Below, piece by piece: positions 9,213 to 17,999 of a DNA stretch of 64,000 nt. A program made the position numbers and the translations under genes. This stretch comes from Myxococcota bacterium (GTDB lineage: Bacteria > Myxococcota_A > UBA9160 > UBA4427): contig JBDNFB010000009.1 in assembly GCA_041690055.1 (NCBI GenBank), positions 92 through 64,091 of the forward strand. The letters run 5' to 3'. Below the pieces are notes generated by a model, which made no database searches, was not told the DNA's origin, and saw nothing but the letters and a program-made list of their open reading frames with translations. Numbering within the stretch: position 1 is the stretch's first letter; the number at the start of each line of letters is the position of its first letter.

Positions 9213-11333
9213 ATGAGCGCGAACGACGGGCGAGATCCCGAAGCAAAAGGCGGGACAGAGGACGGGGCCGACGACGAGGCGACGGTCCTTGCCGACTCCA
9301 ACTCCAACTCCAACTCCAACTCCGACACAGACACAGACCCGAGCGCCCAAGGCGCTGCCGAAGAGGCGGAAACCGTTCTCGCCCTGGACGACGATCCCAT
9401 TGCTCCGGAGAGCGGGGGCGAGTCCACCGCTGCCGATGATCTGGATGATGCGACCCAGATCCTGACACGGGGCCCGCGGATCACCGAGGAAGAGACGGTT
9501 TTGGCGACAGATGTGGCGGCGTCCGAGACGCCTGGATCTGCCGCGCCCACCTCGAAAGCGTCTGTCGAAGGCGCACGCGGTCCGAAGGATACGCGGATAC
9601 TTGATGATCTCGCTTCGGAGAAGGCCGCTGGGGGGCTTGGCTCTGGAGTAGGCGCTGGCATAGGCGCTGCCGTGGGTGCGCAGGCGGAAACGCCGAAGAC
9701 TTCTCCACCCGCCGCGAACACGGGCGGAGCGAACACGAGTCGCTCTGGACAAACGCGCGCGGAACCCCAGGCCCCGGCGCCGCCTCCGCCCGTTGCACCG
9801 ATCGATCCTGCACGCGGTCTGGTGCCGGGCACGGTTCTATTCGGCGAATACGAGATCGTCAACGTGTTAGGCGTGGGCGGTATGGGCGAGGTCTATCGCG
9901 CTCGCCATCGCCGTCTTGACGAGCATCGCGCGATCAAGGTGATGCATGCCGAGCTCTCGCAGAAAAAAGGCGCGAGCGAATTTTTCTACCGTGAGGCAAA
10001 GGCTCTGCTGGCTGTGCGCCATCCCGCTGTGGTGCATTGCCACGATCTGCTTTCTGATGACCAGGGCCGCGTCTACCTCATCATGGAAATGATCGAGGGC
10101 ATCCCGCTTTCGAAGAAAATGAACGATGGGCCGCTCTCGGCGGACGATGTGGCGGTTCTTGGTGCGCGGGTTTCGCGGGGTCTGACCGCAGCGCATCGTA
10201 AAGGTGTGATCCACCGCGACGTCTCGCCCGACAATATCGTCCTTCCCAATGGCCGCGTGCGCGAAGCGAAGATCATCGACTTCGGCATCGCGAAGCTCCT
10301 GGAAGAAGGGGAGGGCACGATCGTAGACGGCTTCAAGGGCAAGCTCTCCTACGCCTCGCCAGAGCAGCTCGGCTTTTTCGGCGGCAAAATCGATGGCCGC
10401 TCGGATTTCTATTCACTTGGACTCGTGTTGGTCGCTGCTGCGCTTGGTCGGCCGATGAGCATGGGCACGTCGGTGATGGAGGCGGTGGATGCGCGGCGCG
10501 CACTCGGTGCGCTTCCGGATGAGATTCCGATGGGGCTGCGTTCCGCGATTCAGCCTCTGCTGAAGCTGGACCCCAAGGATCGGCCCCAATACGTCGATCG
10601 ACTTTTCGTCGTGCCGGGTGGAAACAACGCTGCCGAAGACGAAGCCAGTTACGCGACGCCTTCCGGAGGGGGAGGAGGCGCCGGAGCCGGGGCTGCGAGT
10701 GCCTCAGTGACGGCGGGTAAGGATCGCGGAGTCGGTTTTGCCGCGGGAATCGGTGCGGCGGCTGTGCTCGGGTTGGCCGCGGGGATCGGATTCTGGACGC
10801 TGAGCGGGGAGAACGATGCGTCCTCGACTTTGGCTAAAAGGCCAGGGGCGCAGGCTGCAGCGCTCACGCCCATCGAACCTGCGGTGATCGCACCAATACC
10901 TTCGCCTTCGCCTTTGTCTTCGCCCACGCCCACGCCCACGCCCACGCCTGTCGTGGTGAAGGCGCCGGCACCCGCAGCCGTCGTCGCGAAGGTGCCGACG
11001 CAGCCGAAGCCCCGCCGACTGACGGCGAGCGACCGGATTCGGATTATCGGCCTTTTGAACAATGCGAAACTTGCGCTCGCTGAGAGTCGCTTGATGTCGC
11101 CCGCCGACGATAATGCCTATGACCGCTACCGCTCTGTGCTGAAGCTTGATCCGAGCAACGCCAAGGCGAAGAGCGGCCTGCGCACGGTGGCTGTCCGTTA
11201 CGTGTCGCTTGCTGATGCCTCGATTGGAAATGGGGATGTAGCGCAGGCGCGCACTTTCCTTGACCGGGCGAAGCGCGCCGACAAAAGTTACGTCGGGATT
11301 CGCGCGGCCGAAGCGCGTCTTTCTAGTCGCTAG
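9213..11333 (+). CDS. membrane-anchored Ser/Thr protein kinase (Hanks type) with acidic low-complexity N-terminus and C-terminal TPR/Sel1-like region
   Basis: Kinase motifs: GVGGMGEVYRA, AIKV, HRDVSPDNIVL, DFGIAK, SYASPEQ. One TM helix (FAAGIGAAAVLGLAAGIGFW). A PT-rich linker follows. Confidence 0.85.
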   Translation: MSANDGRDPEAKGGTEDGADDEATVLADSNSNSNSNSDTDTDPSAQGAAEEAETVLALDDDPIAPESGGESTAADDLDDATQILTRGPRITEEETVLATDVAASETPGSAAPTSKASVEGARGPKDTRILDDLASEKAAGGLGSGVGAGIGAAVGAQAETPKTSPPAANTGGANTSRSGQTRAEPQAPAPPPPVAPIDPARGLVPGTVLFGEYEIVNVLGVGGMGEVYRARHRRLDEHRAIKVMHAELSQKKGASEFFYREAKALLAVRHPAVVHCHDLLSDDQGRVYLIMEMIEGIPLSKKMNDGPLSADDVAVLGARVSRGLTAAHRKGVIHRDVSPDNIVLPNGRVREAKIIDFGIAKLLEEGEGTIVDGFKGKLSYASPEQLGFFGGKIDGRSDFYSLGLVLVAAALGRPMSMGTSVMEAVDARRALGALPDEIPMGLRSAIQPLLKLDPKDRPQYVDRLFVVPGGNNAAEDEASYATPSGGGGGAGAGAASASVTAGKDRGVGFAAGIGAAAVLGLAAGIGFWTLSGENDASSTLAKRPGAQAAALTPIEPAVIAPIPSPSPLSSPTPTPTPTPVVVKAPAPAAVVAKVPTQPKPRRLTASDRIRIIGLLNNAKLALAESRLMSPADDNAYDRYRSVLKLDPSNAKAKSGLRTVAVRYVSLADASIGNGDVAQARTFLDRAKRADKSYVGIRAAEARLSSR
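9297..9338 (+). repeat. in-frame hexanucleotide microsatellite (TCCAAC)x4 + TCCGAC + (ACAGAC)x2
   Basis: Read directly from the sequence. It encodes SNSNSNSNSDTDTD in the kinase N-terminus. Confidence 0.9.
10923..10946 (+). repeat. in-frame hexanucleotide microsatellite (CCCACG)x4
   Basis: Read directly from the sequence. It encodes the PTPTPTPT linker of the kinase. Confidence 0.9.
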
Positions 11334-11618
11334 CCAGCGGTCCGTGTACGTCTTGGCCAGCGCGGACTGGAGCCTGCTAATTCGTGCCACTCGGGTTTTC
11401 ACCTGAGGTCGCTTGGGGTCCAGCCCGGGCGCGCCTTTCGGGAATATATCTAGTCGACGCAGGCTCCCTTGCTAAACCGCTCTTTTCCCGCAAATTCGAG
11501 CAGTTAGGCCTTCGGAGCGCACGAGACTTGCCGATACGAGTTCGGTAGGAGTCGTAATGAAAAAATTTGGCCAGTCTTTTATTTTGGAATATCGCAGCGA
11601 TACGCGCGAGGGCTCGAG

Positions 11619-12872
11619 ATGAGCTCAAAACGTACGATGCTCTTGTTAGGGGCGGGGCCGGAGCAAATCGAGGCGCTGCGGATCGCGCGCGAACTGGGCT
11701 ATCGCACGATCGCTTTTGACAACGATGCGGATGCCGCGGGGCGCTCATTCGCCGACTCATTTGTTCAGGTTGATCTGAAGGACGAATCCGCTCTGCTGAG
11801 CGAAGCGGAACTCGCTTCGCCCGACGGCGTCTTCGTGCACGCCGCGGAGCTTGCCGTCGAAGCCGCACGCGTCGCGGAGTGGATGGGTCTGCCGGGCTTG
11901 AGTGTCGAGGCGGCCGCGACCGCGACCGATAAGAGCCTGCGGATCGAACGGCTGGCATCGGCGGGGGTTGCGACGCCTCGCTTCGATCTGCTCGAATCCG
12001 CCGCTCCGCTCGAAGAGTGGCAGGAACGCTTCGAGGAGTACGGATTCCCGCGCGTTGTGAAGCCCACTAATCAGGCGGGAGCGCGGGGCGTCGAGCTGAT
12101 CGCGTCTCCGGATGACCTCCGTTGCTATTACGCGAAGCGTGAGATGTTCTCCTCGAAGCAGTTCGTCTGTGAACAGTTGCTGGAGGGCGTGCAGCTGAGC
12201 ACGGAAAGCGTTGCGGTCGACGGGAAAATTCTTCACCACGCGGTCGCGCTCCGACACTACGACACCACAGAGCAGTATCGCCCCTTTTTCATAGAGGATG
12301 GTCACTCGCTTCCCTTTGCCCTGACCGAAAGACAGCGAGCTTCGGTGGAAAGTGTGATCGAGCGATGCTTTATCGTGTTAGGCGTTTCGACGGGCGTTTT
12401 GAAAGGCGATCTTGTGATTGCTCCGGATGGCGAAGTCTTCGTTTTGGAGATGGCTGCGCGGACGAGCGGCGGGCGTTTCGCCGACACGGTTGTGCCGCTC
12501 GGGACGGGGGTGCAGATTCTCTATCCGCTGATCGAGCTCGCGATGGGCGACTCGTTCTCGCAGGACTGGTTCGAGCCCACTCGGAATATGGGCGTGTCGC
12601 AGCGCTTCTTTCTTCACGAAGGGGCCTGTGAAGTCGCCCGCTGGCCAGCGATTCGTCAGCTCGTCGGACGACCCGGCGTCAGCGAATGGCGATTGAACGA
12701 GAAGATGTTTAGAGCCGGAATTTTGCCGGACGTGCAGAGTCATCGTGATCGGCTCGGCTACGTGATTTGTACAGGCGCGACGCGCGAAGAAGCAGATTCC
12801 CTGGCGCTCGAAATCACCTCCGCGTTTGCGCGCGGCCTAGAAACGCGCGCTCTTGGCGTCAGTGGGGAATGA
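11619..12872 (+). CDS. ATP-grasp family ligase (carboxylate-amine / L-amino-acid-ligase-like)
   Basis: N-terminal Rossmann-like LLLGAGPEQIEALRIARELGY, followed by FPRVVKPTNQAGARGV and a C-terminal VFVLEMAARTSGG ATP-grasp core. Confidence 0.7.
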   Translation: MSSKRTMLLLGAGPEQIEALRIARELGYRTIAFDNDADAAGRSFADSFVQVDLKDESALLSEAELASPDGVFVHAAELAVEAARVAEWMGLPGLSVEAAATATDKSLRIERLASAGVATPRFDLLESAAPLEEWQERFEEYGFPRVVKPTNQAGARGVELIASPDDLRCYYAKREMFSSKQFVCEQLLEGVQLSTESVAVDGKILHHAVALRHYDTTEQYRPFFIEDGHSLPFALTERQRASVESVIERCFIVLGVSTGVLKGDLVIAPDGEVFVLEMAARTSGGRFADTVVPLGTGVQILYPLIELAMGDSFSQDWFEPTRNMGVSQRFFLHEGACEVARWPAIRQLVGRPGVSEWRLNEKMFRAGILPDVQSHRDRLGYVICTGATREEADSLALEITSAFARGLETRALGVSGE

Positions 12873-14098
12873 TGGCTTCTAGGAACGAACGTCGATCGAT
12901 CGTGATGGTAGGGACGGGCGCCTACGTGACGCAGGATCCTTACGGGCCGGGCGTGCTGGCGCGGAGCGTGGCGGCCTGGTGCGCGAATCAAGGCGGTCCG
13001 GATGCTTGGGAGATCATCGTCGCCTGTCGTTCGGATGAAGGTAAGACGCGGATTGAACGAACCTGGCTCAAGATGAATGAAGAGATCGGCGTCGTCCCGC
13101 GTCTTCGGATTATTCCGTGCGAGGGAGAGGCTTTTGAATCGGCCATCGATCGCGCGCACGCGCTGATGATCTGCGTGCCCGACGCTGCGCATGCTTCGTT
13201 CCTTGAACGCGGGATTGTGGCGGGTGTGCCGACTTGGATCGTGAAGCCGATGGCAAGCTCAGGGGCCGTCTCGCGCTCGATTGCGACGCTCGCTGATGAT
13301 CTCGGCGTCCCGGTCTGGGTCGACTATCACAAGCGCTTCGATGTCTCGAACCGGGTTCTTCGATCAAAAGTGATGAGCGGCGAACACGGATCTCCGCGTC
13401 TCTACAGCGTGCGTTATTCGCAGCCGCGCGATCTGCCCCTCGAAGAATTTGAGTGGTCCGGCGCGACGGATGTTTTCAGCTACATCGGATGCCATTACGT
13501 CGATCAATTGCTCTACGTTTTTCCGGGGATCAAGGTCTTGGCAGCGAGCGCAACGGGTGTGCCCGGCCGCGTGCACGCTCGGCTCGGCGCAATGGCGTGG
13601 GATACCGTTCTCGCGCGCATCGAGGCGACCTGGCAGGGCCAGCCGCTCACGGCTCAGTTCGAAGTGGGGTGGAGTAATCCTCTCGGCAGTCCCACCAAGA
13701 GCCTTCAGGTCGTCGAACTCGCCTTCGATCGCGGGAAATGCTTCATGGACCAGACGCATAGGGGCGTCGAAGTCTGGAGCGATGCTCCGCTCTCCGTTCC
13801 GAATCCATATTTCTTCTCGCGCATTCACGACCCGCTCACGGGGCGCGATGCCTATCAGGGCTACGGCTACGACAGCGTGCGCCATTTCCTAGATTTCACG
13901 CTCGCCTCGCCGGGAGACCAGGCCGTGGCGCTTGCGAACGACTCGCTTCCTTGGGCACGTTCTGCCGCACACGTGGACGAAATCGTCGATCTCGTCCGCA
14001 CGTCGCTTGCGCGCGGCTCGCGAAGCGAAGTGGAAATCGAGTCCGAGGACCGCCCTGACTGGAAAGCCCTCGCGCCTAACGCGCCTGGTGCGACTTGA
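12869..14098 (+). CDS. Gfo/Idh/MocA-like NAD(P)-dependent oxidoreductase
   Basis: The start ATG 12869 overlaps the ATP-grasp stop (ATGA). IVMVGTGAY is a dinucleotide-binding start. The remaining family assignment is by general resemblance only. Confidence 0.55.
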   Translation: MMASRNERRSIVMVGTGAYVTQDPYGPGVLARSVAAWCANQGGPDAWEIIVACRSDEGKTRIERTWLKMNEEIGVVPRLRIIPCEGEAFESAIDRAHALMICVPDAAHASFLERGIVAGVPTWIVKPMASSGAVSRSIATLADDLGVPVWVDYHKRFDVSNRVLRSKVMSGEHGSPRLYSVRYSQPRDLPLEEFEWSGATDVFSYIGCHYVDQLLYVFPGIKVLAASATGVPGRVHARLGAMAWDTVLARIEATWQGQPLTAQFEVGWSNPLGSPTKSLQVVELAFDRGKCFMDQTHRGVEVWSDAPLSVPNPYFFSRIHDPLTGRDAYQGYGYDSVRHFLDFTLASPGDQAVALANDSLPWARSAAHVDEIVDLVRTSLARGSRSEVEIESEDRPDWKALAPNAPGAT

Positions 14099-14105
14099 GT
14101 AGTTG

Positions 14106-14141
14106 CCGCGACTACCGCGACTATCTCAGCTACCGCAACTA
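14106..14141. repeat. 9-nt tandem repeat x4 (CCGCGACTA CCGCGACTA TCTCAGCTA CCGCAACTA)
   Basis: Read directly from the sequence. It fills the convergent gap, and its last unit contains the stop codon (CTA = TAG on minus) of the lipoprotein gene. Confidence 0.85.
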
Positions 14142-16136
14142 AAGCTGCGGGCTCTGCATCGAGTAGCTCTTCAGATCATCGCGTAGAGAGCCGACTTCCT
14201 TCTGCTTGATCTCGCTGAGAACGATGGCGTAGGCCGCCTTGCGTGACGCTCCAATATAGTCGCCTTCGTTCACGAAGCGCTTTGCTTCCGTCTTGTAGGT
14301 CTCCTCGGGGTTCTCCAGGAACTTGACCAGCTTGACTCCGATCTCCTCCGAGATCTTGTCGGCGAGGCCGTCGTTGCCCGAGAGGATTTCGATATCCGGC
14401 GGCAGCTCGACAAAGTCCGTTTCCTGCTTGAAGTCGCCGAGCTGAACGCCCTCGCGGCCTTCGTCCTGGAACTCTTGCTTGCTCTGCGTCGAGTCTGTGA
14501 AGAGGACGCGGCCCGAGCTTGCTTCGATCACGCGGTAGGAGACGGAGATGATGCCGACCTTGCGGACGCTGTTCACTTCGATGCGGACATCTTCGGTCAC
14601 GTCGCGGGTGATCATCTGCTGTGGCTCGGGCGTCTTCTTGCGCTGGCGATCGCTGAGCTGGGCCCAGTTCGTGTACTCGGGGTTCGTGATGCTCTCTTGC
14701 CCCGTGACGACGCGGCGGGTCTCGCTGCCCGACTTCTCCGTTGTTTCGACTTTGGCATCGAGGATCGAGCCCTGGACAATGAAGTCCGCGGTGTCGAGCT
14801 CGCCGCAGGTGGCGCTGCGCTTACATTCTTCGAGGATGCGCTCGAGCTGTTCACGTTCGACGATGCGGACGTCGCTCGGGATCTCGCGGAAGATATGCTG
14901 CACGACCTTCGAGGAGACGGCGTCGCCGACCTTCGTGTTCGAGGTGCGCGGATTCTCGAAGGGGTAGGCCGTGAGGCCGCGGACCGCGCGGCGCGAGATC
15001 TCGTCGCGGGTCATGCGCAGGCGCTGGCGGATATTCGGCGTCGTCGGGCCGAACTCGGTCATGACGTTCAGGTAACCCCAAGCGAGTCCGAATTCGCCCG
15101 CGGCAGAAGCCTTCTGATAAGACTGATCGACCTGCTGGAGAAAGGTGCTTACGCCCGGAAGGTTCGGGTTCTCGCGATCGAGGAGCAGCGTGGAAATCAG
15201 AGTAGCGTCGCGGTAGCGCTGATAGGCGTCCGACAGATTGCGCTGGTTCAACGACTCCTGGCCGAGCATGCCGAACGCTTCCACCATCGGCGCGGCGGAT
15301 TCCGCGAGACCGTCCTTGATCTCACCAAAGCAGTCCGTCTCCGAGAACTCGGTCAGCATGTCCATCGATCGCGTGACGCGTCCGGTTTCCATGGCCTGGC
15401 TGAACTGCTTGAGAATGACCTTGCCGTCGACTTCGCATTTCTTCTTGCGGGCGGTTTCGTCTTCGGGGTTCACTTCCTGGACGATGCCGAGGAGATCCTG
15501 CGCCTTTTCATAGTCTTCGTTGCGGATCGCCTCTTCGGCTTCCTGCGACACGTCGCGGAGGATTGCGTCTCGCTGCGCTGCATAACGGGCCTGATCTTCG
15601 GAGCCCGTGCCGGAGAGCGCCGAGAGTTCCGACAGCAGATTCAGTCGCTCGAGGACCGAGTCCGCTGAAATGGTGGCGAGCTTCTGTTCGCGAATCGTGA
15701 TCGCGCTCTGGGTGGCCGCAATTTCCTGCTGCAGCTCACCGGAGATTTCGCTGAAGACGCCGTCGTCCCAGCGGCGAATTTTGTCGATGCCGCCCACCTC
15801 GCGCTGGACAGCGCCGAGGGGGAGATTGCCTTCTAGGCGTTCGACTTCGGAAAGACGAGTACGCACGACGGCGGCGGCGCGCTTGCCGAGCTCGCTGCCG
15901 ACGGTCTTTTGCTGCGTGGCGAGGCGGAGCGCCGCGTCGCTGCCCGGCTTGGCCGTGCCCATCTGGAGCGAGATCTCATCGAAGAGTGCCTCTAGGCTGG
16001 CCTGCGGGGCAGACTGCGGGTCGGCGGGAAGCTCGAGGACGGGACCTCCGCCGCCTCCGCAGCCTACGAGACCGACGGCACCAAAGAGGGCCAATAGAAG
16101 GATCAGAACCGAGAAATGGATTTGGCTGGTACGCAT
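14139..16136 (-). CDS. large lipoprotein with coiled-coil/TPR-like middle and CsgG/LpoB-like C-terminal region
   Basis: Lipobox LVGC in MRTSQIHFSVLILLLALFGAVGLVGCGGGG, with the start taken at ATG 16136. The C-terminal segment AYPFEN...VRIVEREQLERILEE...ADFIVQGSI resembles the CsgG-family pattern (inference). Confidence 0.6.
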   Translation of the reverse strand: MRTSQIHFSVLILLLALFGAVGLVGCGGGGGPVLELPADPQSAPQASLEALFDEISLQMGTAKPGSDAALRLATQQKTVGSELGKRAAAVVRTRLSEVERLEGNLPLGAVQREVGGIDKIRRWDDGVFSEISGELQQEIAATQSAITIREQKLATISADSVLERLNLLSELSALSGTGSEDQARYAAQRDAILRDVSQEAEEAIRNEDYEKAQDLLGIVQEVNPEDETARKKKCEVDGKVILKQFSQAMETGRVTRSMDMLTEFSETDCFGEIKDGLAESAAPMVEAFGMLGQESLNQRNLSDAYQRYRDATLISTLLLDRENPNLPGVSTFLQQVDQSYQKASAAGEFGLAWGYLNVMTEFGPTTPNIRQRLRMTRDEISRRAVRGLTAYPFENPRTSNTKVGDAVSSKVVQHIFREIPSDVRIVEREQLERILEECKRSATCGELDTADFIVQGSILDAKVETTEKSGSETRRVVTGQESITNPEYTNWAQLSDRQRKKTPEPQQMITRDVTEDVRIEVNSVRKVGIISVSYRVIEASSGRVLFTDSTQSKQEFQDEGREGVQLGDFKQETDFVELPPDIEILSGNDGLADKISEEIGVKLVKFLENPEETYKTEAKRFVNEGDYIGASRKAAYAIVLSEIKQKEVGSLRDDLKSYSMQSPQL

Positions 16137-16344
16137 TGGTCTGGGATCGCTCCGAAAAGTGGGGCTGTCAGCGCCCGGGACTAGAATTCTCGTCATCCCA
16201 CCCCCCCCTATGGGTTGAGGAGAGTGTTGCGGCTGCGCGGCTTCCTGAATCGGCTTTTTTTCGTTCAGGATCGTGAATCATCCGCTCGTTACGGCTTGGA
16301 AGCAATGGGATGGCGGCAATTTGAGGCAATTGAGGGGCGCGTAC

Positions 16345-16360
16345 TGTGAACCGTTTCACA
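16345..16360. promoter_or_regulatory. CRP/FNR-type palindrome TGTGA-N6-TCACA
   Basis: Sequence TGTGAACCGTTTCACA has perfect half-sites. It lies in the divergent intergenic region between the lipoprotein gene and murA. Confidence 0.4.
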
Positions 16361-16631
16361 CGGAGAGCATCCACTCTTACTCGCCGACCTTTTTAGGGGG
16401 CGCAACGAGTGTGCCACCATCGGCTGAACGGGTTCCGCGGCGGGGCGGATTCGCATCATTTTCGCCCCGGATGGCTCAACCCCCCAGGTTTCGCGATCAT
16501 GCAGCCGATAGGCAACACGTGAGCAAATGACGGAAATGCGCGCCCTGGAATGAGTCGGAGCGAACCGGATTGGCGCGCAGACCCATGGCCGCAGGAAAAG
16601 TCGCAGGAAATATAGAAAGAGGAGCAGTCGA

Positions 16632-17912
16632 TTGAGTCGTTTTGTGATTCAGGGAGGACGCCCGCTCGAGGGCGAAATTCGCGCGAGCGGAAGCAAGAAC
16701 GCCGCGCTGCCGATGATCGCTGCGGCGCTGCTCACCGATGAGGAAGTGATTCTCGAAAACGTGCCTTCGATTCGGGATGTCGATGTGATGCTCGAGATCG
16801 CCGGCGTACTCGGTGCCGAGGTTTCCCGACTCGACGATCGGATTACGATTCGCGCGGCCAACCTAAAAGATCAGCAGCTTCCCCATGAGCTCTGCGAGCG
16901 TGTCCGGACTTCGGTCCTCTTCGTCGCTCCTCTGCTGCATCGTCTGGGTCGCGCGAAGCTGCATCCGCCCGGGGGCGATGGTATTGGTCGCCGCCGTCTC
17001 GACACGCATTTCTACGGACTCCGCTCAATGGGCGCGATCGTGGATGATCGCGAGTTTGAATTTCGCGCGGATGAGCGCCTCAAGGGCGCCATGCTTTTCT
17101 TCGACGAAGCGAGCGTGACGGCGACGGAGCATATCCTGATGGCCGCAGCGCTGGCCGACGGGACGACAACGATCCTGAATGCCGCCAGTGAGCCGCATGT
17201 GATGGATCTGGCGAGCATGTTAGTTTCGATGGGCGCTCAGATCGATGGGCTCTACACGAATACGCTGACCGTGACCGGCGTCGATCGTCTGCACGGCGCG
17301 ACCCATCGTGTGGTTTCGGATCATATCGAGGTGGGTTCGTATCTCGCTCTCGCTGCTGCGACGGGCGGAGGCATTACGATTCACGATACGGTGCGCGGTC
17401 ATTACTGGATGATGCATCGCGTGTTCGAGCGCTTCGGCATCGAGCTCGATATCAAGAGTGACCGCATCGTGATGCCTTCAGGCCAAACCCCCCGCGTTCA
17501 AATGGATGCAGGAGGCAAAATTCCGCAGGTAGACGACGGCCCCTGGCCGCAGTTTCCCACGGATATGATGAGCCCATTCCTCGTTCTTGCGACGCAGAGC
17601 GAGGGCACGATTCTCTTCTTCGAGAAGATGTTCGAGGGGCGCATGTACTTCGTAGATCCGCTCGTGCAGATGGGCGCCAACGCGATCATTTGCGATCCGC
17701 ATCGGGTGATCATCTCGGGCCGTTCGCAGCTTGCTGGCCAAACGGTGCGCAGCCCTGATATCCGAGCGGGAATGGCGATGATCATCGCGGCGCTCTGTGC
17801 CACGAAGCGGCCGTGCATCGTGCAGAATGCCGAAATCGTGGACCGTGGCTACGAGCGAGTCGAAGAAAAACTTCGCGCCCTCGGCGCAGATATTGTGCGC
17901 GAAGAAGACTAG
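16632..17912 (+). CDS. murA: UDP-N-acetylglucosamine 1-carboxyvinyltransferase
   Basis: FVIQGGRPLEGEIRASGSKNAALPMIAAALL is the N-terminal MurA signature. TTG start is preceded by AGAAAGAGGAG. The active-site loop reads PPGGDGIGRRRLD. Confidence 0.9.
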   Translation: MSRFVIQGGRPLEGEIRASGSKNAALPMIAAALLTDEEVILENVPSIRDVDVMLEIAGVLGAEVSRLDDRITIRAANLKDQQLPHELCERVRTSVLFVAPLLHRLGRAKLHPPGGDGIGRRRLDTHFYGLRSMGAIVDDREFEFRADERLKGAMLFFDEASVTATEHILMAAALADGTTTILNAASEPHVMDLASMLVSMGAQIDGLYTNTLTVTGVDRLHGATHRVVSDHIEVGSYLALAAATGGGITIHDTVRGHYWMMHRVFERFGIELDIKSDRIVMPSGQTPRVQMDAGGKIPQVDDGPWPQFPTDMMSPFLVLATQSEGTILFFEKMFEGRMYFVDPLVQMGANAIICDPHRVIISGRSQLAGQTVRSPDIRAGMAMIIAALCATKRPCIVQNAEIVDRGYERVEEKLRALGADIVREED

Positions 17913-17999
17913 CTCGCTCGTCCACATTGGGGGCTGTGCACGCGGGCTGGGCGAGGAACTCAGGGCATGGGACGCCCACCAGACGCGACGCCTGGCACA

